DNA from: Callorhinchus milii
Lineage: Eukaryota
Direction of reading: 5' to 3'
Length of the DNA: 64,000 nucleotides
Assembly (NCBI RefSeq): GCF_018977255.1
Contig: NW_024704743.1
Location: 97,094,001-97,158,000, forward strand
The notes beneath the pieces were generated by a model, which was not told the origin of the DNA, made no database searches, and saw only the letters and a program-made list of their open reading frames with translations. Positions 13,811 through 25,790 of the stretch are shown one piece after another (the stretch's first letter is position 1; each line of letters begins with the position of its first letter). A program made the translations under genes and the position numbers.

Positions 13811-14725
13811 ACCTTCAGCATCATCAGCATCCAAGGCTGCACTCTCCACCTCTCAAAGCCAGTCAGGAACCTTGGCGTTTTGTTCGACCCTGAGCTGTCC
13901 TTTCTCCCTCACATCCGCACTACAACTGGCACCGCCTTCCATCACCTTCGGAACATCGCCAGACTACGGCACTACCTCACCCCTCACGCTGCTGAAACCC
14001 TGGTCCACGCCTTTGTCACCTCAAGGCTGGACTATGGGAACTCTCTCCTCGCCGGCCTTCCCGCCACCTCCCTCCACAAGCTGCAGGTCATTCAGAACTC
14101 TGCAGCTCGTGTACTGTCCCGCACCAGGCTTCGCGACCACATCACTCCCACCCTCGCTCGCCTCCACTGGCTCCCCATCCCCCAGAGGATTGATTTCAAG
14201 ATCCTCATCCTCACCTACAAGGCCATTCACGGCCTTGCTCCCTCCTACCTCTCCAACCTACTATCCCCTACCTACCTGCCCGTACCCTCCGTTCCTCTGG
14301 CTCTGGTCTGCTCCACGTCCCCCGCCCCAACCGCCCTACCATCGGTGGTCGGGCCTTCAACCTCTCAGCCCCCAAGCTCTGGAACTCCATCCCCCAGTGC
14401 CTTCGCCTTGCTTCCTCCCTTTCCTCCTTCAAGGCCGGTCTCAAAACCTTTCTCTTTGACCGTGCCTTCAGCTCCCCTCTCGACTCTCTTCCCCCTCCTC
14501 GCTCCCTCCCTTCCCTCCCCTCACCCTGACCATTTCCCCCTCCTTGCTCCCTCCCTTCCCTCACCCTGACCATTTCCCCCCTCCTCGCTCCCTCCCTTCC
14601 CTCCCCTCACCCTGACCATTTCCCCCCTGCTCGGGTCATGACCCAACTGTGCAGCGCCTTGGGACGTCCTCCTGACGTGAAAGGCGCTTTATAAATGGAA
14701 TCTTGTTGTTGTTGTTGTTGTTGTT
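13811..14725 (+). mobile_element. Young 5'-truncated L2 LINE
   Basis: HLRNIARLRHYL...HAFVTSRLDYGNSLL...LQVIQNSAAR...LHWLPIPQRIDFK, C-rich 3' UTR repeats, 3' stem-loop and (TTG)n tail. Confidence 0.93.
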
Positions 14726-15330
14726 CTTGCCCACTCGCCTAGCCTGTCTATTGCCCTTTGCAATCTTTTTGTGTTATCCTCAGAGCTTACTCTCCCACCT
14801 AGCTTAGTATCATCTGTGAATTCAGATTTTTTAAGTTCTATGTCCTCATCTTGTTCATTGATATAGATTGTAAATAGTTGAGGCCCAAGCACTGATCCTT
14901 GTGGAATTCCACTAGTCACATCTTGCCAATCTGAGAAGGGCCCGTTTATCCCTACTCTCTGTTTTCTTCCCGTTAGCCGCTCTCCAATCCATGCTAATAT
15001 ATTGCCTTTAATTCCATGGGCCCTAATCTTGTGTAGCAGCCTTTTATGTGGCACAATGTCGAATGCCTTCTGAAAATCTAAATATGCTCCATCTAACCTG
15101 CTAGTTACATCCTCAAAAAACTCTAAAAGATTTGTTAAGCATGACTTCCCTTTTGTAAAGCCATGTTGACTCTGCCTAATCATATTATGGTCTTCTAAGT
15201 ACCCCACTACGATGTCCCTAATTAAGGATTCTAGAATTTTCCCTACCACCGATGTCAGACTGACTGGTCTATAGTTCCCCATCTCTCGAACACCCTTCTT
15301 AAATAGTGGTGTTACATTTGCTATCTTCCA
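14726..15330 (-). mobile_element. CR1 LINE RT part (continuation of 12981-13810)
   Basis: ORF 14689-15282 contains GNYRPVSLTSVVGK, SQHGF.KGKSCLTNL, YLDFQKAFD, SGIPQGSVLGP and FTDDTKL. Confidence 0.93.
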
Positions 15331-18324
15331 AACAATGGCAAGTTTCCTTACTCCACATGCCTCTGTTTACCTAGCAGTAAGTAGGAACCTGGTTGTTAAT
15401 CGATTGAGGGATCGCTTTTCTAGGGGTAATAATTCTTTCAAAATAAATAAATAAATTGGTCACTCAATCCACAACTGTTTGTGGGACACTGCTGTGCACA
15501 AATGGCTGTCGCGTTTTGCCCACAAAATTTACAGTCAATTCACTTTACAGTATATTCTGTCAAGCGCTTTGAGATGTCTTGAAGACGTGATAAGGCGCTA
15601 TATCAAATGCAAGGATTATTATTAATATTATTAGCCGTGGCTTGCTCTGTGTTATGCATATTGGTCACGGTTTGATCTATTACGCACGTTAACCATGGCT
15701 CACTCTAAGGTATACACTTTAGACATGGTTACCTAGTAATCAGCTCCCTGGTTCTTTCTGTGTAAACTTTCAGTGGTTTCTGATTTGTGATTTTTTTCCC
15801 CCTAGGATAAATTTCATTTTGCTAGATCACCGCGTAAATAATGTTTGTATTTTCTAGTGTTTTGTTTGAAAGCACTTATCCTTGTTCAAATAATGGGGTG
15901 AAACACATGATATTTGATGGGATAATTGCATATCATATTCCACATTTTTTCAGCCCCATTGAGTGTTGAAGTGAAGAAAAGAGGTCCTGAGAACAATCAC
16001 AGTGAAGCTTGTTCACAAGCGCTCTGATACACTACCCTGCGTGAGGAAGGGGTGCTACATAAATGCAAGTTGTTCAGAAATATTCAAACATTTCTTCCTT
16101 GGCAATATTGCAGCATGAGAGATCCAAAGCGAAATGTCCAGCAGATGATTGAACCTATTTGTCTGAAATACTCCTGTCAGGAAACCAAAAAAACATTAAA
16201 GGCAAGGAAGAAAGTTTCTCCTGTTGGGTTTTGTTTTGATCTGCTCGGTGTTTGACCATGCAGAAACACATCATTATGCTTAAGAGTGTTCATGCTGGTG
16301 TAAAACTGTGACTTGATTTTTGAACATATAAGGAGCTTGTGATTTAGGAAGGATATTACTAAGGACTTTTTTTTAATGTACATTAATCACGTGGCAATGT
16401 CATTGAATAGAACAGAGTTTCTTCCCCTAAGGCAGACAAAGATGGATATGGCTAGATCATGTGAAATGGTCTTTTACTTTTGTTGTCCATTGTGCTTCAG
16501 AAATCAAATTCCTCAATCAGGTTAATGGCTCTTGACAGCAAAATTCTGAGTAGTTTAAAGCACAAAAACTCAGAATGCCTGTCTGTATTGTGCAGTTGCC
16601 AGTACTCAGTGCTTTTGTATTTGTCAAGTATGAATTTGAAAAAACTGTGCACAGCTCAATATCTATTTATACTCTCTACCTCCATTTATCCATGAAGTTA
16701 ATCAGTCAATGGAAAACAGAGTGCTCAAGCATTGCACTAATGGGAGGACTGGATCTTGAACATTGAAATAAGAGTATTGAAGACTCCCAAACATTGATGC
16801 TATAACTGATATTGATATGTGAACAAAAAGAATGGCTAATGAGAGGGTTCTTCAGCTATCAAGGGACAAGGGAGAAATGCTGAGGCTTATCTTCATGAGC
16901 AAAATTACATAGTGTGTGAACACATTATTCAGGAATTAGTGGGATAGTTGCTGGGGTTGTTACAGTTTGAAGACTTTGATAATAATAGTAATAATAATAA
17001 TCCTTATATTTGATATAGCGCCTTGTCATTGAGCCATCTCAAAACACTTCACAGAATATACTGTAAAGTGGATTGACTGTATATTTTGTGGGCAAAAGAG
17101 ATCACAAGGCAGACAAAGATGGATATGGCTAGATCATGTGAAAGAACAGAATGGTGTAACATTAGAGGTCAATCCAAACTACCCTTGTTGAGATTAAAAA
17201 ATATAGAACCAGACTGGACACCAACCTCAGAACATTGAAGGCACATAATCAGCTCAGACTCCATCTAATCAAATACCTGGAGTGATTACACTATGGTAGC
17301 TATTTTGCTCTTTATACCGCAGAAGATCTTGATTGGAACTACAGAGGATATATGTACAATTATTATTTCAATTTAAATTAACATTAATAACATAATTATA
17401 TTTGTAATTTAAAATTGCATTCTGAGGATTTATAAACACAGTGAAAGATTCACCATACATCAAATGGAGCAGGATAACATTTCGCCTACAACAATAAACT
17501 TGGAAATACAATGAATGTTTTAATCAGCCCCTGTAATAGGACTCGTTTCTACATGATAAGTGCATATCGCAACATTCTGTGAATCTAGTGAACAGTTTAT
17601 GGTACCCCCTCGAGCCCATGGTGAACAGCAGTGTCCCAGGGGATGTTTAAAAAGTCTTCATGTAACTGACTGGGATGTCTTAGCTGCTGGAGCTAATGAG
17701 GGGTGGGAAAAACTGGCTAAAAACATGGGTTTTGAAGGCAGAGATTGGACAAAGCACAAGGACTCCGGGATGGAGAGAGCACGGGCAGGATGGCTGACAG
17801 CACTGAATGGGAGACAAAGCAGGCCTGTGTTTGCTGAGATGGAGGTAGCAGCTGGGGCAGCAGGGTTGGAGGAGGTCACAGGTGTAGGGTTTTCTTTCTA
17901 AATAAAAAAAAACTAAAGATCAAGCGAGGTCCCTTGACAATAAGATGGGTGAAACATTGGGAGAGAAACACAGCAAGGTGGAAATGTGCAATGTGAAAAT
18001 GCCATGTCCCCCTTCCACTCATCAGCTCTCCAGCTAAGGCATCCCAGTCACTATAGAAAATAATAATAACATGGGCATTGCTCTCTGTTGGCAGATATAA
18101 GGGGTGAAGCCTTAGAGGCATTTGAAAGTGAGAATTAGAATTTTGATCTGCTGGGAAATGGGAACCAAGAGAGAATGTTTGTGATGGGTTCACAGAGCCT
18201 GGTGTGAGAGGACATGAGCTGCAGAGTTCAGGATGGACAATAGCTTGTGTATGGAGGATATGGGGAATCTGGCGAGAAATCATTGTAATAGGCGATGAAG
18301 GTCTTAACAACCTTAGTGAGAGAT

Positions 18325-19095
18325 AACAACAACAACAACAAGATTCCATTTATAGAGCGTCTTTCACATCAGGAGGACGTCCCAAGGCGCTGTACAGTTG
18401 GGTCAGGACCCGAGCAGGGGTGAAATGGTCAGGGTGAGGTGACGGAAGGGAGGGAGCGAGGAGGGGAGGGGAGCCGAAGGCTCAGTCAAAGAGAAAGGTC
18501 TTGAGACCGGCCTTGAAGGAGAAAAGGGTGGAAGCGGCGAAGGCACTGGGGGATAGAGTTCCAAAGCCTAGGGGCTGAGAGGCTGAAGGCCCGGCCACCG
18601 ATGGTAGGGCGGTTGGGGCGGGGGATGTGGAGTAGACCGGAGCCAGAGGAACGGAGGGTACGGGCAGGTAGGTAGGGGGACAGTAGGTCAGAGAGGTAGG
18701 ATGGAGCAAGGCCGTGAATGGCCTTGTAGGTGAGGCTGAGGATCTTGAAATCGATCCTCTGGGGGATGGGGAGCCAGTGGAGGAGAGCGAGGGTGGGAGT
18801 GATGTGGTCACGAAGCCTGGTGCGGGACAGTACACGAGCTGCAGAGTTCTGAATGACCTGCAGCTTGTGGAGGGAGGTGGCGGGAAGGCCGGCGAGGAGA
18901 GAGTTCCCATAGTCCAGCCTTGAGGTGACAAAGGCGTGGACCAGGGTTTCAGCAGCGTGAGGGGTGAGGTAGTGCCATAGTCTGGTGATGTTCCGGAGGT
19001 GATGGAAGGTGCTGCCAGTTGTGGCGCGGATATGAGGGAGAAAGGACAGCTCAGGGTCGAACAGAACACCGAGGTTCCTGACTGGCTTTGAGAGG
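18325..19095 (-). mobile_element. Young 5'-truncated L2 LINE
   Basis: ORF 18486-19139 is nearly identical to the 13.8 kb copy; (CAA)n tail at the left end. Confidence 0.92.
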
Positions 19096-19384
19096 TAGTG
19101 GCAGAGGTGGGTGGAGAGAAAACAGAACAAGAGAGACACTGCTCTGAAGAAATTACATTAATAAGGGGGTGGAAGAAGAAGTTGCTGTTTCATAATTGAT
19201 CCCAAGCTAGGGTGCAAGCCTTAGACTGTCCAGTGTCTTGGGAGGCCCACCTGATGTAAAAGCTGCTATAGAAATGTAAATTTGTGGTGCATCAACTTAG
19301 ATGGCCACTGTCCAGTGTGAAACAATCATGCAGATGTGTTAGGCTCCAGATTGGATTTGAAATCTAAGATGAATTAGCTGTTCT

Positions 19385-21520
19385 AATTCCCTGGCTCCCC
19401 TTAAATCCAGGGCTGTTTCCAAATCCACCCACACCCCCTGGTACAACAGTCATCTCCACTCACTTAAAACCCAAACCCGGCCGCTCGAGAGCAAATGACA
19501 GAAATCCGGCCTCATGATCACTGGCAGCTGTGGCTTGAGAATCTACACACCTACTGCCTCTCCCGTTCAAAGCCTAAAACTGATTTTCACTCCCAAATCA
19601 TACTGGAGTCCAAAAGCAACCCAAAGACACTGTTTTCCCCTGTCCATCACCTTCTCTGTGCACCCCTCAAGCTCCCTCTATTCTCACATCAAACACCAAG
19701 TGGGAAGAGATCCTCGACTTCTTCGCCTCAAAGATTGAAAACATCCACTTGGCTGCATCGTCCTCCCCCCTTATCCCCTTCCACTCCACCCACACCATCC
19801 ACACTGCCTACTCCCTCCGCCACGGTTCCTGCCACTCCCCACTCCTTACATTCATTTGCCCCCATTTCTCCCTCCTCCCTCTCAACCACAATTACCCGGA
19901 TGAAGTTCACCACCTACGACCTTGATCCTCTCCCCATCCAGCTGCTGGTCACTCAACTCCCCCTTCTCTCCCCCTGCTGGCTGACACAGTCAACCAGTCT
20001 CTCTCCTCAGGCTCTGTTTCACTCTCCTTTAAAATCGCTGTTATCACACCCCTCCTCAAAAAACCCACCCTCGATCCCTCTAATTTCTTACACTACCATC
20101 CCATCTCGAACCTACCCTTCCTTGCCAAAGTCCTGGAATGCAATGTTGCAGGTCAACTTCAGTCACACCACTCCCTCCACTCCCTCCTTGAGCCCCTGCT
20201 GTCTGTTTTCCGCCCTGCCCACAGCACAGAGACAGCGCTTGGCAAAGTCACAAATGTATTCTCTCCCCCTGCCTTCACGTCCTCCTGGATCTTCTGCTGT
20301 GTTCAACACGGTCGAAGATGCCATTTTCCTCCACTGCCTCTCCTCCGTCATCCACCTTAGTGGGATCGCACTCACATGGTGCTACTTAACCAACCTCCTT
20401 CACTTCATCTCGACAAATGGATTCTCCTCCCGCCCGGTCACCTGCGGGGTACCCCAGGGCTGCATCCTTGGTCTTTTCTTTTCCTCATCTATATGCTCCC
20501 TCTAGGCGATGGCATCTGCAGACACGGTGTAAACTTCCACATGTATGCGGATGACACACAAATCTACTTTGCCTCCTCCAGTATCGACTCCAGACCCGCC
20601 GATATTCTATCAGCTTGTCTGGCAGACATCAGAGCCTGGATGAGTGCAAACTTCCTGCAGCTAAATGTGGACAAGATGGAAGCCATAGTCCTTGGCTCCC
20701 ATCAACATCTTCACTCCTGCAGATCTGAACTCCTCAACCTCCCTGGGCTCTCCCTCAGAATCACCGAACCTTAGCAATAGAGACCTCAAATAAATAATAA
20801 TAATAATCCTTGCATTTGTTATAGCGCTTTTCACGTCGGGAGGACGTCCCAAAGCGCTTCACAGAATATACTGTAAAGTGAATTGACTGTATATTTGTGG
20901 GCGAACGCGGCAGCCAATTGCGCACAGCAATGTCCCACAAACAGTCGTAGATTGAAAATGACCAATTTATTATTGATTTTGGTTTTGGAGGGATTATTAT
21001 TAGGCGTGTGGAGCAAGGAAACTTGCCCAAGGTTTCGCCCTGCCTAAAATAGCCACATTGCTGTGAAAGCAACATAATCAATCTTATCTTCCCATCTCAC
21101 CAGTTCTGGCCAGGCTCCACTGACTCCCCATCACCAAACGGATCCACTTCAAGCTCCTCACACTTGTGTTCAAATCCATTCACTCCCTGGCACTTCCCTA
21201 TCTCTTTGACCTCCTCATTCCCTAATTCACCACCCAGCGCTTCCACTCGACTGGCACTGGCACCCTGCTCATCTCTCACACCATCCGCTCTACCATTAGA
21301 GGTCGCACTTTCAGCCACTACTCCTCGAAACTCTGGAACACTCTCCCTCAATCCCTCCGCCTTGCCCCCGCTCTCCCCTTTTTCAAGTCCCGCCGTGCTT
21401 ATCGACCGTGCTTACGATCAGCTCTCCCCCCCCCGGCTCGGAATCAGCCTCCGTCACTGTTAAGTGCTCTGAGACACTAAACTGCGTGGAGAGCTCTATA
21501 TAAATGCAAGTTGTTGTTCT
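19385..21520 (+). mobile_element. Older, longer degenerate L2 LINE interrupted by a SINE at 20790-21046
   Basis: Fragments SKSNPKTLF, DLDPLPIQLL, GVPQGCILG, FHMYADDTQIY and NFLQLNVDKME, then an L2 3' end (ctatataaatgcaagttgttgtt). Confidence 0.88.
20790..21046 (-). mobile_element. 5'-truncated SINE inside an L2
   Basis: Nearly identical to 5472-5730. Confidence 0.9.
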
Positions 21521-22583
21521 TCCTGGGTTAGGATGGTAAGATATCAGCAAACTTCCTGCTGCCAATTGTCATTAGTAATATCTACTAGAAATTGGAGATG
21601 AGGCTTTGCTGTAACATTCCAATAACTGAATGGCCAATGATCACACATGAGGAGAGTGATTCATGTTTGGGGAACTGTACCGTGCCACAGGTTAGGGCTT
21701 TCAGGAATCGAGGGAAAAGAGAAAATAATAACCTCATCACTGTCCTTTGCTTCTGATTATTTTCCATTGTAATATTTGCTTCTTTATCCTGAGAGATTTT
21801 ACTTGACAGCCATCTCTTATGAGGCAGATGATCAAATATCTTGAAATGATGCATGAAATCCAGCACAATACCTTCATCCACCAAATCCGTTTTACATCTG
21901 TAAATACCAATAAATATACTAGGCATAACTTCCCTTCATAAACCTGCCTTAGCTTCACATGATAGTCTAGTTAAATATATTTTAATTTTTTTCCTTTGTC
22001 ACGAACTAGCATCTTTTCAACCGTATTTATTGAACTCACAATAACCAAATAACAACAACAAATTGCATTTGTATAGCATCTTTCATGTCGGGAGGGCATC
22101 GCAAGATCCTGAAAGCCTATAATTTAACAAGTCTTTGATCTTTGTTCAAAATTGGAAAAAAAATTGTTATTTTCTAGTCTTTGTGGCACAAGCACATGTT
22201 TAATCAGCTGTGTAAAGATTCTGAAACAACTCCTCCAACTTCTACCCTCGTTTCCTTGAATAGGGTTTAGTACATTCCATCAGGTTCTTTTGACTGCCTC
22301 CACTATAGAAATATATTTTTTATTTCATTACAAGTTTCTTCTGAGATCAGATGCACCTTGTATCGGCCGAACTACCAACAAAGAGCAAAGCCTGTGTTAT
22401 TATTTTCTATAGTGGAGATGGCTGTACATTTCCACCTTCTTGTGTCTCTCTCCCACTGTTTCATCCTCTCTTATTGTCAAAGGACTTTGCTTGATCTTTA
22501 GTATTTTTCTTATTCAGAAAGCTAGCGTGATAGAGGAACAGGGCAGAGCACTTATACTGTTGAACGCAAAGCATACCTTCTTA

Positions 22584-23626
22584 CAACAACAACAACAACA
22601 ACAACAACAAGATTCCATTTATAAAGCGCCTTTCACGTCAGGAGGACGTCCCAAGGCGCTGCACAGTTGGGTCATGACCCGAGCAGGGGGGAAATGGTCA
22701 GGGTGAGGGGAGGGAAGGGAGGGAGCGAGGAGGGGGGAAATGGTCAGGGTGAGGGGAGGGAAGGGAGGGAGCGAGGAGGGGAAAGAGAGTCGAGAGGGGA
22801 GCTGAAGGCACGGTCAAAGAGAAAGGTTTTGAGACCGGCCTTGAAGGAGGAGAGGGAGGAAGCAAGGCGAAGGCACTGGGGGATGGAGTTCCAGAGCCTG
22901 GGGGCTGAGAGGCTGAAGGCCCGACCACCGATGGTAGGGCGGTTGGGGTGGGGGACGTGGAGCAGACCGGAGCCAGAGGAACGGAGGGTACGGGCAGGTA
23001 GGTAGGGGGATAGTAGGTTGGAGAGGTAGAAAGGAGCAAGGCCGTGAATGGCCTTGTAGGTGAGGATGAGGATCTTGAAATCAATCCTCTGGGGGATGGG
23101 GAGCCAGTGGAGGCGAGCGAGAGTGGGAGTGATGTGGTCCCGAAGCCTGGTGCGGGACAGTACCCGAGCTGCAGAGTTCTGAATGACCTGCAGCTTGTGG
23201 AGGGAGGTGGCGGGAAGGCCGGCGAGAAGAGAGTTCCCATAGTCCAGCCTTGAGGTGACAAAGGCGTGAACTAGGGTTTCAGCAGCGTGAGGGGTGAGGT
23301 AATGCCGTAGTCTGGCGATGTTCCGGAGGTGATGGAAGGCGGTGCCAGTTGTGGTGCGGATGTGAGGGAGAAAGGACAGCTCAGGGTCGAACAAAACGCC
23401 GACCGTGCCTTCAGCTCCCCTCTCGACTCTCTTCCCCCTCCTCGCTCCCTCCCTTCCCTCCCCTCACCCTGACCATTTCCCCCCTCCTCGCTCCCTCCCT
23501 TCCCTCCCCTCACGCTGACCATTTCCCCCCTGCTCGGGTCATGACCCAACTGTGCAGCGCCTTGGGACATCCTCCTGACGTGAAAGGCGCTTTATAAATG
23601 GAATCTTGTTGTTGTTGTTGTTGTTG
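22584..23626 (-). mobile_element. Young L2 LINE (22584-23400, minus strand) with an inverted copy of its own 3' end (23401-23626)
   Basis: ORF 22744-23394 is an intact L2 ORF2 C-terminus. 23401-23641 is the reverse complement of 22569-22815. Confidence 0.93.
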
Positions 23627-24479
23627 TAAGAAGGTATGCTTATGCTTCTTAGAATCAAATCTGCCATTCTAACTTTTGATTTCTCATTCAGTGAGTTCCT
23701 GATTCCAGATGGAGCTGTTGGAGACACTTCCGCTAATGGAGGGAGAAAAATCACAAGGGAGAATTGAACTCTTGCTCACACCCTCCCCTTAAAATTAATT
23801 CCCCATCTGCTTCTCCCTTGCTCAGCGACCAACCTCTCCACTGTGTAGCAATCTGGAGATGCCTCCCTGCATGAAGGATGCTATATAAATGAAAATTGTT
23901 GAATTACAGAGTAGCACTAGCCATGTCTAGGTAGAGGCTGCAATCTCACTCAGTGCTAGTTCAGGGTGCGGAGAGCCTGATAGGAGAAAGTTAAATGGAA
24001 TGAAATAATTTCTCCAGTTGTCCTAGCCCCAAATCCCGCAAATATAACTGATCATTCACTCCATGGCTGATGTGGGACATTGCTGTACACAAATTGGCTG
24101 CTGTGTTCACCCACATTATGCAGTGACACCACTTAATAGTACATCCTGTGAAGCGCTTTGAGACTTTTCAGTGACATGATAAGGTGTTATATCAAATGCA
24201 AAGATTAATATTTTGGTTAAGCATTACAGTGATGTTTCAGATTTAAAAATAGCTTTAGCTACCTGTAGTGAGACTGAAGATTAAAAGATTTTATTTCCCT
24301 ACAGAGTAGTGGATTTGTGGAACAGATTCCCAACAAATATAGCGAATGCTGTGCTGATTAAATCCTTCAAAAAAGAATCAAATAAGTATCTGGCTGGGGA
24401 TAGACACATCCACTCCTGCAGAAGGATGTCACATCCCCCCATTCCCCCACCGTTGCTATATCAGGAGGCCGTATGACAA

Positions 24480-24880
24480 GGAACAAGTGTGAGTGAGGGA
24501 AGAGAGGGAGAAAGTGGGGGAAACAAGTGTGGATGTGTTTGATAGTGAGAGGTAACAGAGCTAAAAAAACAAAAGAGAGAATATGACACACAAGACATGT
24601 AGTGTGAGCGACTGAGTGCTAAAGAGGGAAAAATGAGATTGTGAGGGAAAAAGAGATGGGAAAGGTCAACCGAATGTGAAACAGCTTCCAGGAAACAGAC
24701 ATGCAAAAACTCATAGAGAAAGACTGGCAAGAGAAAAACAAAACAGAAATGACAGATACAAAGGGAGATTGGAACACACAGACAGAATAAACCCACATGG
24801 AAATGGGATAGGCATTGAGAGGGGAGTGGAGACGGGAAGTGATAAATGGAAATGCAGAAAGAAACATTGCGACAAACAGA
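24480..24880. repeat. Purine-rich low-complexity tract
   Basis: Strong G/A bias with degenerate gaga/gaca units. Confidence 0.6.
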
Positions 24881-25484
24881 AAACTGGGACTCATTCACAA
24901 GTATAGTTACACTCGCTCCCAACAGCTTGCTCCTACAGATCTTCATTCCCAGATAAACTTTCATGCCTACTGCACATCATGAGAGGAGCAATTTACCTAG
25001 TGAAGCTAATGAACAGGTTACAGTCTGTGTGTCTGGAACCATTTATTTGGGTTTTCTGCCTTTGTCTCCAGTGGGCTGTGTATTCAAATGGATGTGATAG
25101 TATTAAACTAGCACTATGCTATTCTCCTTGACCATCAAAACATTTATTCCAGCAGAATAAAATGTCATTGAAAAATGCTTTGATATGTATATATAATGCC
25201 AAGATAGAGGAGATTTGTTTGCTTTTAATCTTTGGGATTAGTTCCTGAAGGATTGGAACATTTTGCATAATACAGTCCGATTAAAAAAAAGGCGATTTGA
25301 TAAAACCTTCTCGGGAAAGCTTATCCAAGGAATCAATTATTTTTGGCAGCTCTTTCACAGTGAAAGATACCATCAAATGTCATACTGCTGCTTTGTTTGT
25401 GCACAATGTTAACTCCTTCGATCCAAACATCAATGCAGATCATATGACAGTAAAATCAAGTTGTTTACAATGGATTTTCTTGTA

Positions 25485-25790
25485 CAATAACAACAACTTC
25501 CACTTACATAGCGAGCTCCACACAGGGTAGCGCCTCAGAGTGCTTAACAGTGGTGGAGCCTGACTCCAAGCCAGGGGGAAGGAGACCGTAAGCACAGTCG
25601 AAGAGGAAATCTTTTTATGCAGGACTTGAAAAAGGGGAGGGAGGAGGCAAGGCGGAGGGATTGAGGGCAAGTATTCCAGAGTTTTGGGACATAGTGGCTA
25701 AAAGCGCGACCTCCGATGGTGGGGCGGTGGGTGCGAGGTACGAGCAGGAGACCAGTGCCAGTCAAGCAGATTGAGGAGAGAGGAGGTCGG
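25485..25790 (-). mobile_element. L2 3' fragment
   Basis: GGRAFSHYVPKLWNTCPQSLR motif and (CAA) tail. Confidence 0.8.

Larger units (their letters stand above)
12921..15632 (+). mobile_element. tRNA-derived SINE, long variant, split into 12921-12980 and about 15337-15632 by the CR1/L2 nest
   Basis: Head gtggagtcctgtagctcagtggttagagcac...ttgggcaa; the body resumes ggcaagtttccttactccacatgcc after the CR1. Confidence 0.85.

Noticed and set aside
13770..14573. Overlapping 100-230 aa Pro/Ser-rich ORFs as host genes
   Set aside because: Alternative frames of a C-rich L2 ORF2, repeated at 18.5, 22.7 and 49.3 kb.
22440..22706. ORF with a poly-glutamine tract
   Set aside because: The Q run is the (CAA)n tail of a minus-strand L2.
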